Below, one piece after another: positions 54,342 to 63,364 of a stretch of DNA of 64,000 bases. The stretch comes from Armatimonadota bacterium (GTDB lineage Bacteria > Armatimonadota > UBA5829 > DSUL01), in NCBI GenBank assembly GCA_052033935.1, contig JBPOJE010000073.1:2159-66158 (forward strand), in the 5' to 3' direction. The stretch's first letter is position 1. Every line of letters begins with the position of its first letter. The notes under the pieces were generated by a model that was not told the origin of the DNA, made no database searches, and saw nothing but the letters and a program-made list of their open reading frames with translations. Both the position numbers and the translations under genes were made by a program.

Positions 54342-55256
54342 ATGAAATGTCTATCAGTCCGCGTGGTGCTTGTTCTTGTGTGGTTGCTTTCGGCTTGCTC
54401 CATAGCCTCAGCAGCCACGGTTCCTGATTGGTTGGTGAGGCCGGGAACCATCGGGCACGCTCTGTCCCTTAGCCACGCTCTGTCCCTTAGCGATGGATCC
54501 CAAGTATGCCTTCATGTGGTGGTCGTGGACAAGATCCACTTCAGGCAGAAGCCGGTCTATTTCACAGTCCGCGAATGCTTCGACTGGAAGTCGTGCCTGA
54601 TCGTTTACGGACAACCTTCGCCCCTGCTACGGCACGGGCAGACAATAGACATCGAGGGAACCCTGACAACGCTCCCGAACGGGCATAGGGCGATTGTAAG
54701 GCCGAAAGTATCAGGTTATGTGGACAAAGCGGGTAAGCTCCTCTACCACGGACCGCTCATAAAGTGGCCTTGGTCTCGGACGGAATGGGAGTGGAAGACC
54801 GACCTCACCGTTGTGGAAGCAGTTGACCAGGCTTCCTATACGCTTTCGGATACCGGGACTCCTCCTGATGAGCCGATTACTAACTCCACTTCCGGCCCGG
54901 TCTTCTGTGCGACAATCGCCGATGCGCGAGCACAGTATAGCCCAACCGAGCGGGTGCTTGTGGAGCTTCAGTGCAGGCCGCTTGAGAATCCGGTTTCAGG
55001 CTCTTTCACGTTGAAAGAGGACGGTGGCGCGGATAGCATTACCATCTACTACACGGGTTCCGTAGCGGCTTCCGACAGGATTAACAAGCTCGTCGGTGCC
55101 ATACAGAGAGACGCTGGAACCAACTATTGGATTGAGGTGGACTCCGGCCCAACTGGCAATCGCAAGATCCTATTGGAAGCGTACATACCGCTACAAGCGG
55201 AACCATCGCATGGGCAAAGACATTTGCGGACACCACTACATTGCCTGCGCCACTGA
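54342..55256 (+). CDS. hypothetical secreted protein (lower-GC island)
   Basis: Signal MKCLSVRVVLVLVWLLSACSIASA. It contains an 18-bp perfect tandem duplication (HALSLSHALSLS). It is possibly the N-terminal part of one larger gene continuing in 55241..57121. Confidence 0.5.
   Translation: MKCLSVRVVLVLVWLLSACSIASAATVPDWLVRPGTIGHALSLSHALSLSDGSQVCLHVVVVDKIHFRQKPVYFTVRECFDWKSCLIVYGQPSPLLRHGQTIDIEGTLTTLPNGHRAIVRPKVSGYVDKAGKLLYHGPLIKWPWSRTEWEWKTDLTVVEAVDQASYTLSDTGTPPDEPITNSTSGPVFCATIADARAQYSPTERVLVELQCRPLENPVSGSFTLKEDGGADSITIYYTGSVAASDRINKLVGAIQRDAGTNYWIEVDSGPTGNRKILLEAYIPLQAEPSHGQRHLRTPLHCLRH
54456..54491 (+). repeat. perfect 18-bp tandem duplication (2 copies) inside coding sequence
   Basis: CACGCTCTGTCCCTTAGC at 54456-54473 is repeated exactly at 54474-54491. 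Confidence 0.9.
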
Positions 55257-57121
55257 GCGGAAAAGTAGTATCGCGCACGTTCCCTTGGCTCGGTTACTTC
55301 TACATTCTGGGGATGGCATCGTTCGTGGCCACGGGTGACACTGTCGATGTGGAAGGGGAGTTGGCGACAGACGATGGGGAGCGCGTAGTCGACGCCTCGT
55401 CCACTACGCTTGTTGATATTGCGTCCGTCGCGTCGGTGGGCTTGAATGGCCGTTCGTTGGCAGGTGGGAATTTCAATGTGTTCACCCCCGGAGCCCACGG
55501 TGCGTATGGCCTGAACAATGTTGGTTTGCTTGTTGGTGTTTGGGGCAGAGTGACCGCTGTCGGCTCCGACTATTTCTACCTTGATGACGGCTCTAATTGC
55601 GACGATGGTTCCGGGTCTGGCGGGGTGAGAGTTGTCAACGTGTCTGGTTATATGCCAGGTGCCGATGACTACGTTGCCGTAACAGGCGTCTCAGGTCTTG
55701 CCACGTATGACACTGATCTTGCCAGAACTGTCCGGTTAGCCCGCACCGTCGATCTTTCCGGTATCTGCCCGACTCTTCCGCCGGCTAACTTGACCGTTGC
55801 TCCAACGGGCAGCGGGAAGCTCACTCTATACTGGAGCGGTGTGTGCGGAGCGACAGGCTATAACGTCTATCGAGGCACGATTTCCGGTGGTGAAAACTAC
55901 TATACGCCTGTCAATGGTGGAACTCCGGTAACCACAGAGAGCTACTCCGGTAGTGGTGTCTATACCTATACGGATACCGCGCTGACCGACGGAGTCGAGT
56001 ATTTCTACACGGTAAAGGCTGTGGGTGGGTGTGGCGAGAGTCAAGCGTCGGAAGAGGACAGCTGCATTCCTGATCCAAACGGTGCGCCGTGGGATACTGG
56101 TGATGTTGCAGCAATCTTGGCCTCCATCAGGAATTCGTTCCCCGGGGTTTCAATACCATACGGCTGCATCCGGGCACGAGGGCCGGACGGAAGAGATTAT
56201 CTGGACGGGATTAGCAGTCCAATCATACCTGACGTCACAATCGATCCCACGACGAGAGATGTAGTCTTTTCCGACGGAACCAGAATTGCAGCACCGAATG
56301 ATATTGCCGACATTGACTCATACACGCTTGGGTCAATGCAGATCCTTACAACGATCGAACCGAGAATAAAGAACGCCCAATCCGGGCCATTCAGAAAGGT
56401 CTACACTCACCATAACTATCGTGGAGTAAAAGGTCGTTTCCGGCTTCCTGACTCGAGTGTCGGCATCAGAGTCACGCCTTACACGTACCCTTCCACCGGA
56501 AAGAGCACCAAGGACATACCCTATGTGTATCTTGGCGGGCTTGGCAATCGCTACACCGCCGTTGATGCGGGGCTGTACTGGGGGCCAACGGCTAACGACC
56601 CGCAAAGCCGTTGGAGAATGTTTGGCAAGATCAAGAACTCCAAGAGAGACGAGTGGATTAACACGCCTCCAAATGGGATCTTTGACGATAATCAAGATGT
56701 CAACGCTGAGTACATAGCCTCAAGCATAGTTAATGGCCGGGTGCTGCTGAGAATAACACCAGTTGGCGGAGGTCAGACTGGGGTTATCACGATAGACATA
56801 TCGGATTTCGCAAAGACGGGGCAAGGTGTCCACCTGAAGCGTGTCCATTCGATTGCCCAAAACAATCTCATTGGAACAGACAAGGCCAAGGGATACCGAG
56901 AAACGGGGTCATATTTCCAGTCCAGTGCCTGGTTTGATGGCCAGGTAATGGATCAGAATGGAACATACAGCAACTGGGGCACCTCGCAAACACCCTACTC
57001 GACATATCATGGCAGGTTTCCTAACCTCTCCAGCATCGTCAGTTTCCAACTGCAGTTTCCACAGAACCTCTATCCGTCGAAATGTTTCTCAGGTGATCTC
57101 TATGTGCACATCACCCTGTGA
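55241..57121 (+). CDS. secreted fibronectin-type-III domain protein with recurrent FYLDDGS...GVRV module (lower-GC island)
   Basis: ANLTVAPTGSGKLTLYWSGVCGATGYNVYRGTISGG...YTDTALTDGVEYFYTVKAV is an FN3 domain. GLNNVGLLVGVWGRVTAVGSDYFYLDDGSNCDDGSGSGGVRV is the shared module. The track start TTG 55241 has no signal peptide. The frame is open from 55136 and overlaps the upstream ORF end, so a frameshift fusion is possible. Confidence 0.5.
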   Translation: MPAPLSGKVVSRTFPWLGYFYILGMASFVATGDTVDVEGELATDDGERVVDASSTTLVDIASVASVGLNGRSLAGGNFNVFTPGAHGAYGLNNVGLLVGVWGRVTAVGSDYFYLDDGSNCDDGSGSGGVRVVNVSGYMPGADDYVAVTGVSGLATYDTDLARTVRLARTVDLSGICPTLPPANLTVAPTGSGKLTLYWSGVCGATGYNVYRGTISGGENYYTPVNGGTPVTTESYSGSGVYTYTDTALTDGVEYFYTVKAVGGCGESQASEEDSCIPDPNGAPWDTGDVAAILASIRNSFPGVSIPYGCIRARGPDGRDYLDGISSPIIPDVTIDPTTRDVVFSDGTRIAAPNDIADIDSYTLGSMQILTTIEPRIKNAQSGPFRKVYTHHNYRGVKGRFRLPDSSVGIRVTPYTYPSTGKSTKDIPYVYLGGLGNRYTAVDAGLYWGPTANDPQSRWRMFGKIKNSKRDEWINTPPNGIFDDNQDVNAEYIASSIVNGRVLLRITPVGGGQTGVITIDISDFAKTGQGVHLKRVHSIAQNNLIGTDKAKGYRETGSYFQSSAWFDGQVMDQNGTYSNWGTSQTPYSTYHGRFPNLSSIVSFQLQFPQNLYPSKCFSGDLYVHITL

Positions 57122-57137
57122 TAGGATTGCTGCATCC

Positions 57138-58262
57138 ATGATACTGCTTTCTGCTCTTGCTGCTGCCAGCGTTGCGCACGCCCTGGATTTCCCATCATCC
57201 GCCGTCGTATACTCGACGGCGGCGACGGCCAGAAAACCTTCGCGACTCATAGTCTGCACATACCCGGGGGGGGTGTCAACAGAGGTCAAGATGAAGCAGG
57301 CTGAAGGAGCGCGAATGGGAGATGACATCCGAGCCCCCGTGTTCTCTCCCAACGGCAAAACCGTGTTAGTCACTGCAAACCGCACAAGCGCAGATAGGAA
57401 AACAACCGTGAGCCCCGATTCTACACCGGGTCTTGACCTATGGACCGTTGATTTACAGAGATCGACGGCTGCGCCGCTGACTCACGATGCTTGCGGATAC
57501 GAAAACTACTCCTGGTCGCCAGACGGGAATTACATCTGCTCGATCTCTTGCAACGGCGTTCAGGACGAGCACCCGATGGCTGACACTGGCACAACCGCAT
57601 TCCTCTACCTGTGGAACGCGCACAAACCAGTTAAGAAGCTGATCGGCCTCGAGGCTGTCGATTATGGATGGTCAAGTGACAGCAGGAGAGTATATCACAC
57701 TGGTAGCGCATATAGCGTCAAATTGCCTCATGACAGGAGAGCAAGCTTTATATACGCGGATATCCAACAGGGCAGATCTTTCCTCTACTTCAGTTCAGAT
57801 AATGACTTGTATTCGGGCACATGGTCTTCCAACGGCAAGCTGTTGGCCTACTGCGAGTCTAGCGAGACGGGCTATGGCATCAGCATTCTGCGCAAGGGAG
57901 AGAAGAATCCACGTCGATTCCTGAACACCGAGTTGCCTTTGCATCCGTGGTGGTCGCCTGACGGCAGGAAAGTTGCCTTCTTGGAGAGTGTTCCACATCA
58001 AGAAGGAGGCGAATACCTCAACAAGCTGCGAATCCTGGACGTAGTATCAGGAAAGACTACGGACCTGTGGTCGGTACGCGGCGAAGCAACCATTCTCGGG
58101 TGGACGAGGGACAGCCAATGGGTCGTGGCCAGTCGCTTCCAGTCCCTTGCACCGGACTGGCTAGGGGAAGTTGTTGCATGCTGTATCGGCAGACCGGAAT
58201 TGACTGTGACGTTGTGCTCGCCTGTGGAGAGAGTCACTGCCTTTGACTGGATCCAGCGATAG
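57138..58262 (+). CDS. TolB-like WD40/PD40 beta-propeller repeat protein, secreted (lower-GC island)
   Basis: Signal MILLSALAAASVAHA. PD40 repeats are FSPNGKTV, WSPDGNYI, WSSDSRRVY, WSSNGKLLAY, WSPDGRKVAF. An alternative start is ATG 57102. Confidence 0.65.
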   Translation: MILLSALAAASVAHALDFPSSAVVYSTAATARKPSRLIVCTYPGGVSTEVKMKQAEGARMGDDIRAPVFSPNGKTVLVTANRTSADRKTTVSPDSTPGLDLWTVDLQRSTAAPLTHDACGYENYSWSPDGNYICSISCNGVQDEHPMADTGTTAFLYLWNAHKPVKKLIGLEAVDYGWSSDSRRVYHTGSAYSVKLPHDRRASFIYADIQQGRSFLYFSSDNDLYSGTWSSNGKLLAYCESSETGYGISILRKGEKNPRRFLNTELPLHPWWSPDGRKVAFLESVPHQEGGEYLNKLRILDVVSGKTTDLWSVRGEATILGWTRDSQWVVASRFQSLAPDWLGEVVACCIGRPELTVTLCSPVERVTAFDWIQR

Positions 58263-58602
58263 CAGGGCGGTGTGCGCAATTTTGCTGCCAAGCAGGAGCT
58301 TATGGAGACACTTGCCTACCGTGGCGCAAACCCGTGGATTTTGCGCTGCTCGTTCCACAGCATCGGCAACTGCTTCGTCAGCATCGTCAGCGACAGCCCA
58401 CTCGGCTCCTCGCCCATCAGGATCGACTCAACAATGTCCGGCGCAAGAAACGTGAGCCGCAGCAACCGGGCTGCAAACTGGACGGAACCCCTTCAATCCG
58501 GCCGGGCGCGACCGCACGGCTGCCCGGGCGGCGAAAACTTCTCGCTCTCCAGCGCCGTATTATACGCATGTAGGGTAGAATAGAGTGTGCTTCAATCCAC
58601 GT

Positions 58603-58970
58603 GGGGGCGATAGGTCTCGACAGGGAGCTTTGAAGCGCGGTCTGCGAGTCGAGGCGCCGCTGGCCTCGTAAAAAGCGGCAAAAAACATAAACGCGAACAC
58701 TAACAACTATAGCTACGCGCTCGCTGCCTAACTAAAGGGCAGCCGTCCGGCCCTCCTTAGCTGGAGAGGAGGTCACCGGGCGTTGATAAATCCGGCTTGC
58801 TCCGCCTAGGCGTCCACTGGGGGCGGAGGACTCAAAAAGAGGACTGGCTAGAAGGCGCGAGCCCCGCCCGCGGGGATTGCTTTCGGCGAGATAACAAACG
58901 CGGGAAACACTCGTAGAGGGCCGTGCGTTCGGTTTTCTGGACCCGGGTTCGAATCCCGGCGCCTCCACCA
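58603..58970 (+). ncRNA. ssrA: tmRNA (transfer-messenger RNA)
   Basis: 5' GGGGGCG pairs with the 3' CGCCUCC-ACCA acceptor stem. The T-arm GGGTTCGAATCCCGG precedes the CCA end. The internal reading frame GCGAACACTAACAACTATAGCTACGCGCTCGCTGCCTAA encodes the tag peptide ANTNNYSYALAA*. Confidence 0.9.
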
Positions 58971-59219
58971 TTACGGTGAGCACGAGCAACGCCCAGGCGC
59001 CCAGCGCGCTGGAGGCAAGTGAGTATGCACCTTCGCAAGTCGGAAGTTCAGCGCTGGCTGGCGGGCTAGCGAGCAGCCGAAAGAGTAATCCAGCAGGAAC
59101 GTACGCGGTCTCTGATCAGCCGCACCACCGAAGACGCTTGGCAGGCATATCTTGACCTGTCGGAAATCTCGCCGCTCGCGCGCCCGGTTGCCGGTCAGCC
59201 TTCTTATCTGCTGAAGGCG

Positions 59220-59716
59220 ATGCGCCAAGCACGAAACGCCCGCGCCGTGAGCATCCTCGATGCCGCCGAAGTGACCTCATACCTGGACGAGCAACGGGTG
59301 CCGTATGCCGTCATCGGAGGTATGGCCGTGCAGTACTGGGGCGAGGCACGACAGACCGGCGACGTGGATATCGTGGTGCTGGTCCGCCCTGATGAGACCG
59401 CCAACTTCCTCGAAACCGCTGTCCAGAGGTTCAGGCCTCGCATTGATGACGCTGTCGGGCGAGCCGTCTCTATAGACCTTCCGGGAGGACGAGCCATCCG
59501 CATCATCAGCGCAGAAGACCTCATAATCCACAAGTGCATTGCCGGCCGCGAGACATTGAGGATATCGAACGGGTTTTGGTGCGCCAGAGGCTCTCAGTCG
59601 ATCACGACTATATCGCGCAGTGGTTCCAGGGGATTGTAGAGGATCGTGACGTCACGGGGGTGTACAACAGTGCGCTTCAGCAGGCAACGTCGGCGCTGAC
59701 AGGTGAAGACACCTGA
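59220..59716 (+). pseudogene. minimal nucleotidyltransferase (MNT / AbiEii-like) family protein, frameshifted
   Basis: YAVIGGMAVQYWGEARQTGDVDIVV is the hG[GS]...D.D nucleotidyltransferase motif. The frame breaks at ...LIIHKCIAGRE| and continues in another frame as PRDIEDIERVLVRQRLSVDHDYIAQWF (track ORFs 59220..59639 and 59534..59716). Confidence 0.55.
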
Positions 59717-60047
59717 TCCCGACGTTTCAGATGCGTTGGCAAGTCATCGGGCAGTGTGCGCAAACCTCCTGGCCGGGCTGCCAGAACGATCAGATTGCCT
59801 CGATTTAGGTTCCGGGAACAAGACTCTCGAAACACCACGATTCCCGCGAAGTTCGTTCTCTTTCACATTTCGTGCACACACCAGCCGCACAGGCCGGAAT
59901 GGCACGGTTCTTGCATCTCCATTTGTGTTATGCCACGGCGGCCACCTCATTCCGGCGAGTCCGCGAGGAGGAATCCCTTTGTCAAGTGGACGATGATGGC
60001 GCGTGAGACAGGCAGGAAATCCGGCGGCGCTGCGCCAAATGGTTGCT

Positions 60048-60947
60048 ATGTCCAAAACAATCAAGCTTGCTTCAGTCTTCCTGATAGCCTGCCAGATGGC
60101 GGCGGCCGCCGCCCCGGGAGGAAAAGAGATGGACACCGTACGAGATCGTCTCTGGGTCTGGTGCCACCAGGCCGGCAGCAACAACGGAATGTTCGGGGTG
60201 CCGGGAGAATCGAGGATGACCCCGGCGGAAGCTGCCTTCTATCTGGACGTTCCGAATGCGCTGATGGTCGTGTTCCAGGGGAAGCCCGAGCCGCCGTTCG
60301 ACAGGCTCGCGGTGTCCATGCGCCCGCTGAAGCGCGTGGTCTGGTCCATCATCGGCGACAGCTCCTCCACACGCAACGACAAAGAGACCGACATTGATGA
60401 GGTGATCTCGCTGGCGGGCAGGTTCCCGAACTTCTCAGGCGGGATGATGGACGACTTCTTTCACCCCGCGGACGAAAAGGGGGCGATCAGCCGCTACGGA
60501 ACCGCCGACATCGCGGGCTTCCGCAAGCGTCTCAACGAAGCGCCGCACAAGCTTGATCTCTGGGTGGTGGTTTACACGCACAATCTGGACCTGCCCATCC
60601 GGCCGTACCTAGACAACTGCGACGTTGTAACGTTCTGGACGTGGAACGCAGCGGATCTGCGCGACCTGACGAAGAACTTCGAGCGCTTCGAAGAGGTTGC
60701 CGGTCCGGCCCGCAAGGTTCTCGGCTGCTACATGTGGGATTTCGGGACCGGCAAGCCGATGCCCCTGTATCTGATGAAGCTCCAGTGCGAAAAGGGCCTG
60801 CAGTGGCTGAAGGAAGGCCGCATCGAGGGGATGATCTTCCTATCGAGCGTCGTCTGTGATCTCGACCTCGAAGCGGTGGAGTGGACACGCAGGTGGATCG
60901 CGGAGGTCGGTGGCCAACCGCTGAAAGCCCCAGCCACCAAAAAATGA
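60048..60947 (+). CDS. hypothetical secreted protein
   Basis: Signal MSKTIKLASVFLIACQMAAAAAPG. No confident family assignment, although the content is TIM-barrel-glycosidase-like. Confidence 0.45.
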   Translation: MSKTIKLASVFLIACQMAAAAAPGGKEMDTVRDRLWVWCHQAGSNNGMFGVPGESRMTPAEAAFYLDVPNALMVVFQGKPEPPFDRLAVSMRPLKRVVWSIIGDSSSTRNDKETDIDEVISLAGRFPNFSGGMMDDFFHPADEKGAISRYGTADIAGFRKRLNEAPHKLDLWVVVYTHNLDLPIRPYLDNCDVVTFWTWNAADLRDLTKNFERFEEVAGPARKVLGCYMWDFGTGKPMPLYLMKLQCEKGLQWLKEGRIEGMIFLSSVVCDLDLEAVEWTRRWIAEVGGQPLKAPATKK

Positions 60948-60966
60948 GGGCGCGAGGAGCCTCGCA

Positions 60967-62256
60967 ATGAAGTTTGCTCTGAAATCGCTGTCTGTCGTGC
61001 TCGCCGGGCTGCTGTTTGCTCCGGCGTGCATGGGGGCCGCCCGTCCAGAGCTTGTTCGCGAAGTGCTGGAGGGCAAGCGGCACGAAGCCCGCGCGTCGTG
61101 GTGGGGCTTCGACGCGGAGGACTCCACAGACTGCCTGCAGCAGGCCATCAACTCCAAGGTCAAGAGGCTGATTATTGACCGTCAGAAATCTCCCTGGATG
61201 ACGCGGCCGCTGACGGGGGTGAGCAACCAGGAGATCGTCCTGCAGAAGGGAACAGAACTGGCAGCCCGGAAAGGCGCGTTCAAGCGCAAAGGCGACTGTC
61301 TGCTCACGTTTCCCGGATGCGAGAACATCATTATCCGGGGCAAGAAGAAGGATCGCGGCAAGACGGCGCGCATTCGCATGCGCAAGGAGGACTATCAGTC
61401 CGAGGCATACGAACAATCGGAGTGGCGGCACGGACTGAGCTTCTCCGCATGCCGAAACGTGCTGATACAGGACCTCGCGATCGAGCAGACCGGGGGCGAC
61501 GCCATCTATCTGGGCACCTCGCCCGGACGGGGCCCCAACCGCAACGTCGTCATCCGGCGCGTGGACTGCAACGGCAACCACCGGCAGGGCATCAGCGTCA
61601 TCAGCGCCCAGGACATCCTGATCGAGGACTGCCTCCTTCGCAACACCCGCGGAACGGCCCCGGAGGCCGGCATTGACTTCGAGCCGAACACGCCCGGCGA
61701 GTCGCTTGTCCGCTGCGTGGTGCGCAACTGCGTGGCGGAGAACAACGCAGGAACTGGCTATCAGATCTGCCCGCAGACCATGAATAGCTCGTCGCCGCTG
61801 ATCTCGATTGACATCGAGAACTGCGTCTCGCGCGGCAATATGCAGCACGGTGTCCACCTCTGCAGCGCTCCGAAGGATGCCCCGCGCGGGCTGCTGAGGA
61901 TTTCACGGTTCACCTCCGACCGCGACCGGATGGCCGGGCTTTCGGTGCAGTTCAACCCATGGGATGGGGTGCGCGTCGAGATGAAGGACTCGGAGCTTCG
62001 CGACTGCGCGCGCGACGACACGTTCTTCCCGCCGATCTACGTGCAGGGGTCCGGTGCCGACAGGGGGCCGGCGGGCAACATCCACTTCACGCGCGTCACA
62101 GTCCGGGACGACGTGGATCGTCCATTCTTCCGGATTCGAGTCAACAGCGAGAGCGGCGTGAAGGCGATCACGGGCAAGATTACGCTCAAGCGCCGGGGTG
62201 CGACAGAGGCCATCAAGCTCGACGAAGCACGGCTGCGGGAGTTCTCACGTGGGTAG
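60967..62256 (+). CDS. secreted right-handed parallel beta-helix (pectate-lyase-fold) repeat protein
   Basis: Signal MKFALKSLSVVLAGLLFAPACMG. PbH1-like repeats are VDCNGNHRQGISVISAQDILIED, NCVAENNAGTGYQI and VSRGNMQHGVHL. Confidence 0.55.
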   Translation: MKFALKSLSVVLAGLLFAPACMGAARPELVREVLEGKRHEARASWWGFDAEDSTDCLQQAINSKVKRLIIDRQKSPWMTRPLTGVSNQEIVLQKGTELAARKGAFKRKGDCLLTFPGCENIIIRGKKKDRGKTARIRMRKEDYQSEAYEQSEWRHGLSFSACRNVLIQDLAIEQTGGDAIYLGTSPGRGPNRNVVIRRVDCNGNHRQGISVISAQDILIEDCLLRNTRGTAPEAGIDFEPNTPGESLVRCVVRNCVAENNAGTGYQICPQTMNSSSPLISIDIENCVSRGNMQHGVHLCSAPKDAPRGLLRISRFTSDRDRMAGLSVQFNPWDGVRVEMKDSELRDCARDDTFFPPIYVQGSGADRGPAGNIHFTRVTVRDDVDRPFFRIRVNSESGVKAITGKITLKRRGATEAIKLDEARLREFSRG

Positions 62257-62275
62257 AAGACAGCGAAGTAATCCG

Positions 62276-63220
62276 ATGAGCACGGGCGCCATGAGGACAC
62301 TCATCATCGGCGGGACGGGCCACACCGGGCGGTTCCTTGTCCGACAGCTTCTTGACGAGGGCCACCACGTAACCGTCGTATCCTCGGGGCGGACGGCTTT
62401 CGACGAGGAAGCGGCAGGCAGGGCCGATTTCGCCGTGATGCCCTATGAAGAGATGCTTGCGGACGGTCGTTTCGACGCGCTGCTGGCGGAGAAGAAGCCG
62501 GATGCCGTGGTAGACATTCTGCAGCACGATGCGCGCAAGATGCAGCGAGCGTGCGAGACGGCGGAGGTACGCCACCTGGTATTCTGCGGGTCGCTCTGGA
62601 TGCTGGGGCGCCCGAAGGTTGTGCCGACCCCCGAGGTCAGGCAGACCGAGTGCCCATTCGACGGCTACAGTCAGCGATACGAGCAGTTGAACGAGGCTCT
62701 TGGCAAATCGCGGGTGGACGGGCTTGCGGTAAGCGCTGTGCTGCCGCCCAGCATCTGCGGCCCGGGTAAGGTCCCGCTCGAAGGTCTCGGCGGGCGCTCC
62801 ATCGAAGTCCACCGCGAACACCAGCAGGGAAAGGAAGTGACCCTGCCCTTCCCTGGTACAAACCTCATCGGTCCGTGCGATGCTTGGGACGTCGCCCGCG
62901 GCTTCGCATGCGTGCTCCGGAACCGGGAGGCATCTGCGGGAGAGGCGTTCAACGTGGGATCGGCCTACGCGCTGACGTCGGAGCAGTTCATCAATACGTA
63001 CGCCGCCATCCACGGCACGAAGATTCCCATCCGATACGTCAGTCCCGAAACCTACATCCGCGACGTCTCGCCGGAGATCGGCGCGCACTATCACTTCACC
63101 GAGCACATGTGCCCGGACATCTCGAAGATATCCGAGCGTCTGGGATACAGGCCGGCGCACACGCCCGGAGAGACAATGGCGCGAGCGGTGAGATGGATGA
63201 AGGATGTGAAGCTGCTGTAG
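62276..63220 (+). CDS. NAD-dependent epimerase/dehydratase family (extended SDR) protein
   Basis: MSTGAMRTLIIGGTGHTGRFLVRQLLDEGHHVTVVSSGR is the GxxGxxG Rossmann motif. Start ATG 62276 is preferred over the track start 62198. Confidence 0.75.
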   Translation: MSTGAMRTLIIGGTGHTGRFLVRQLLDEGHHVTVVSSGRTAFDEEAAGRADFAVMPYEEMLADGRFDALLAEKKPDAVVDILQHDARKMQRACETAEVRHLVFCGSLWMLGRPKVVPTPEVRQTECPFDGYSQRYEQLNEALGKSRVDGLAVSAVLPPSICGPGKVPLEGLGGRSIEVHREHQQGKEVTLPFPGTNLIGPCDAWDVARGFACVLRNREASAGEAFNVGSAYALTSEQFINTYAAIHGTKIPIRYVSPETYIRDVSPEIGAHYHFTEHMCPDISKISERLGYRPAHTPGETMARAVRWMKDVKLL

Positions 63221-63364
63221 CCCTGGCGGCGGCATGCAAGCAGCACGATAGCACGGATACCCCTTGACTGCGGCCCGTGCCGGATGATACATTTTAGATT
63301 AGGGAGGTGGGAAGACGACTGATCGGGAGCGGGGCACCGCTCCCACACAAGGAGTACCCGTCAA

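Noticed and set aside
59717-60047. Additional tRNA or duplicated ssrA 3' end (att site) downstream of tmRNA
   Set aside because: I could not find a second copy of the GGTTCGAATCCCGG...CCA segment or any cloverleaf-like sequence by eye. It needs a computational search.
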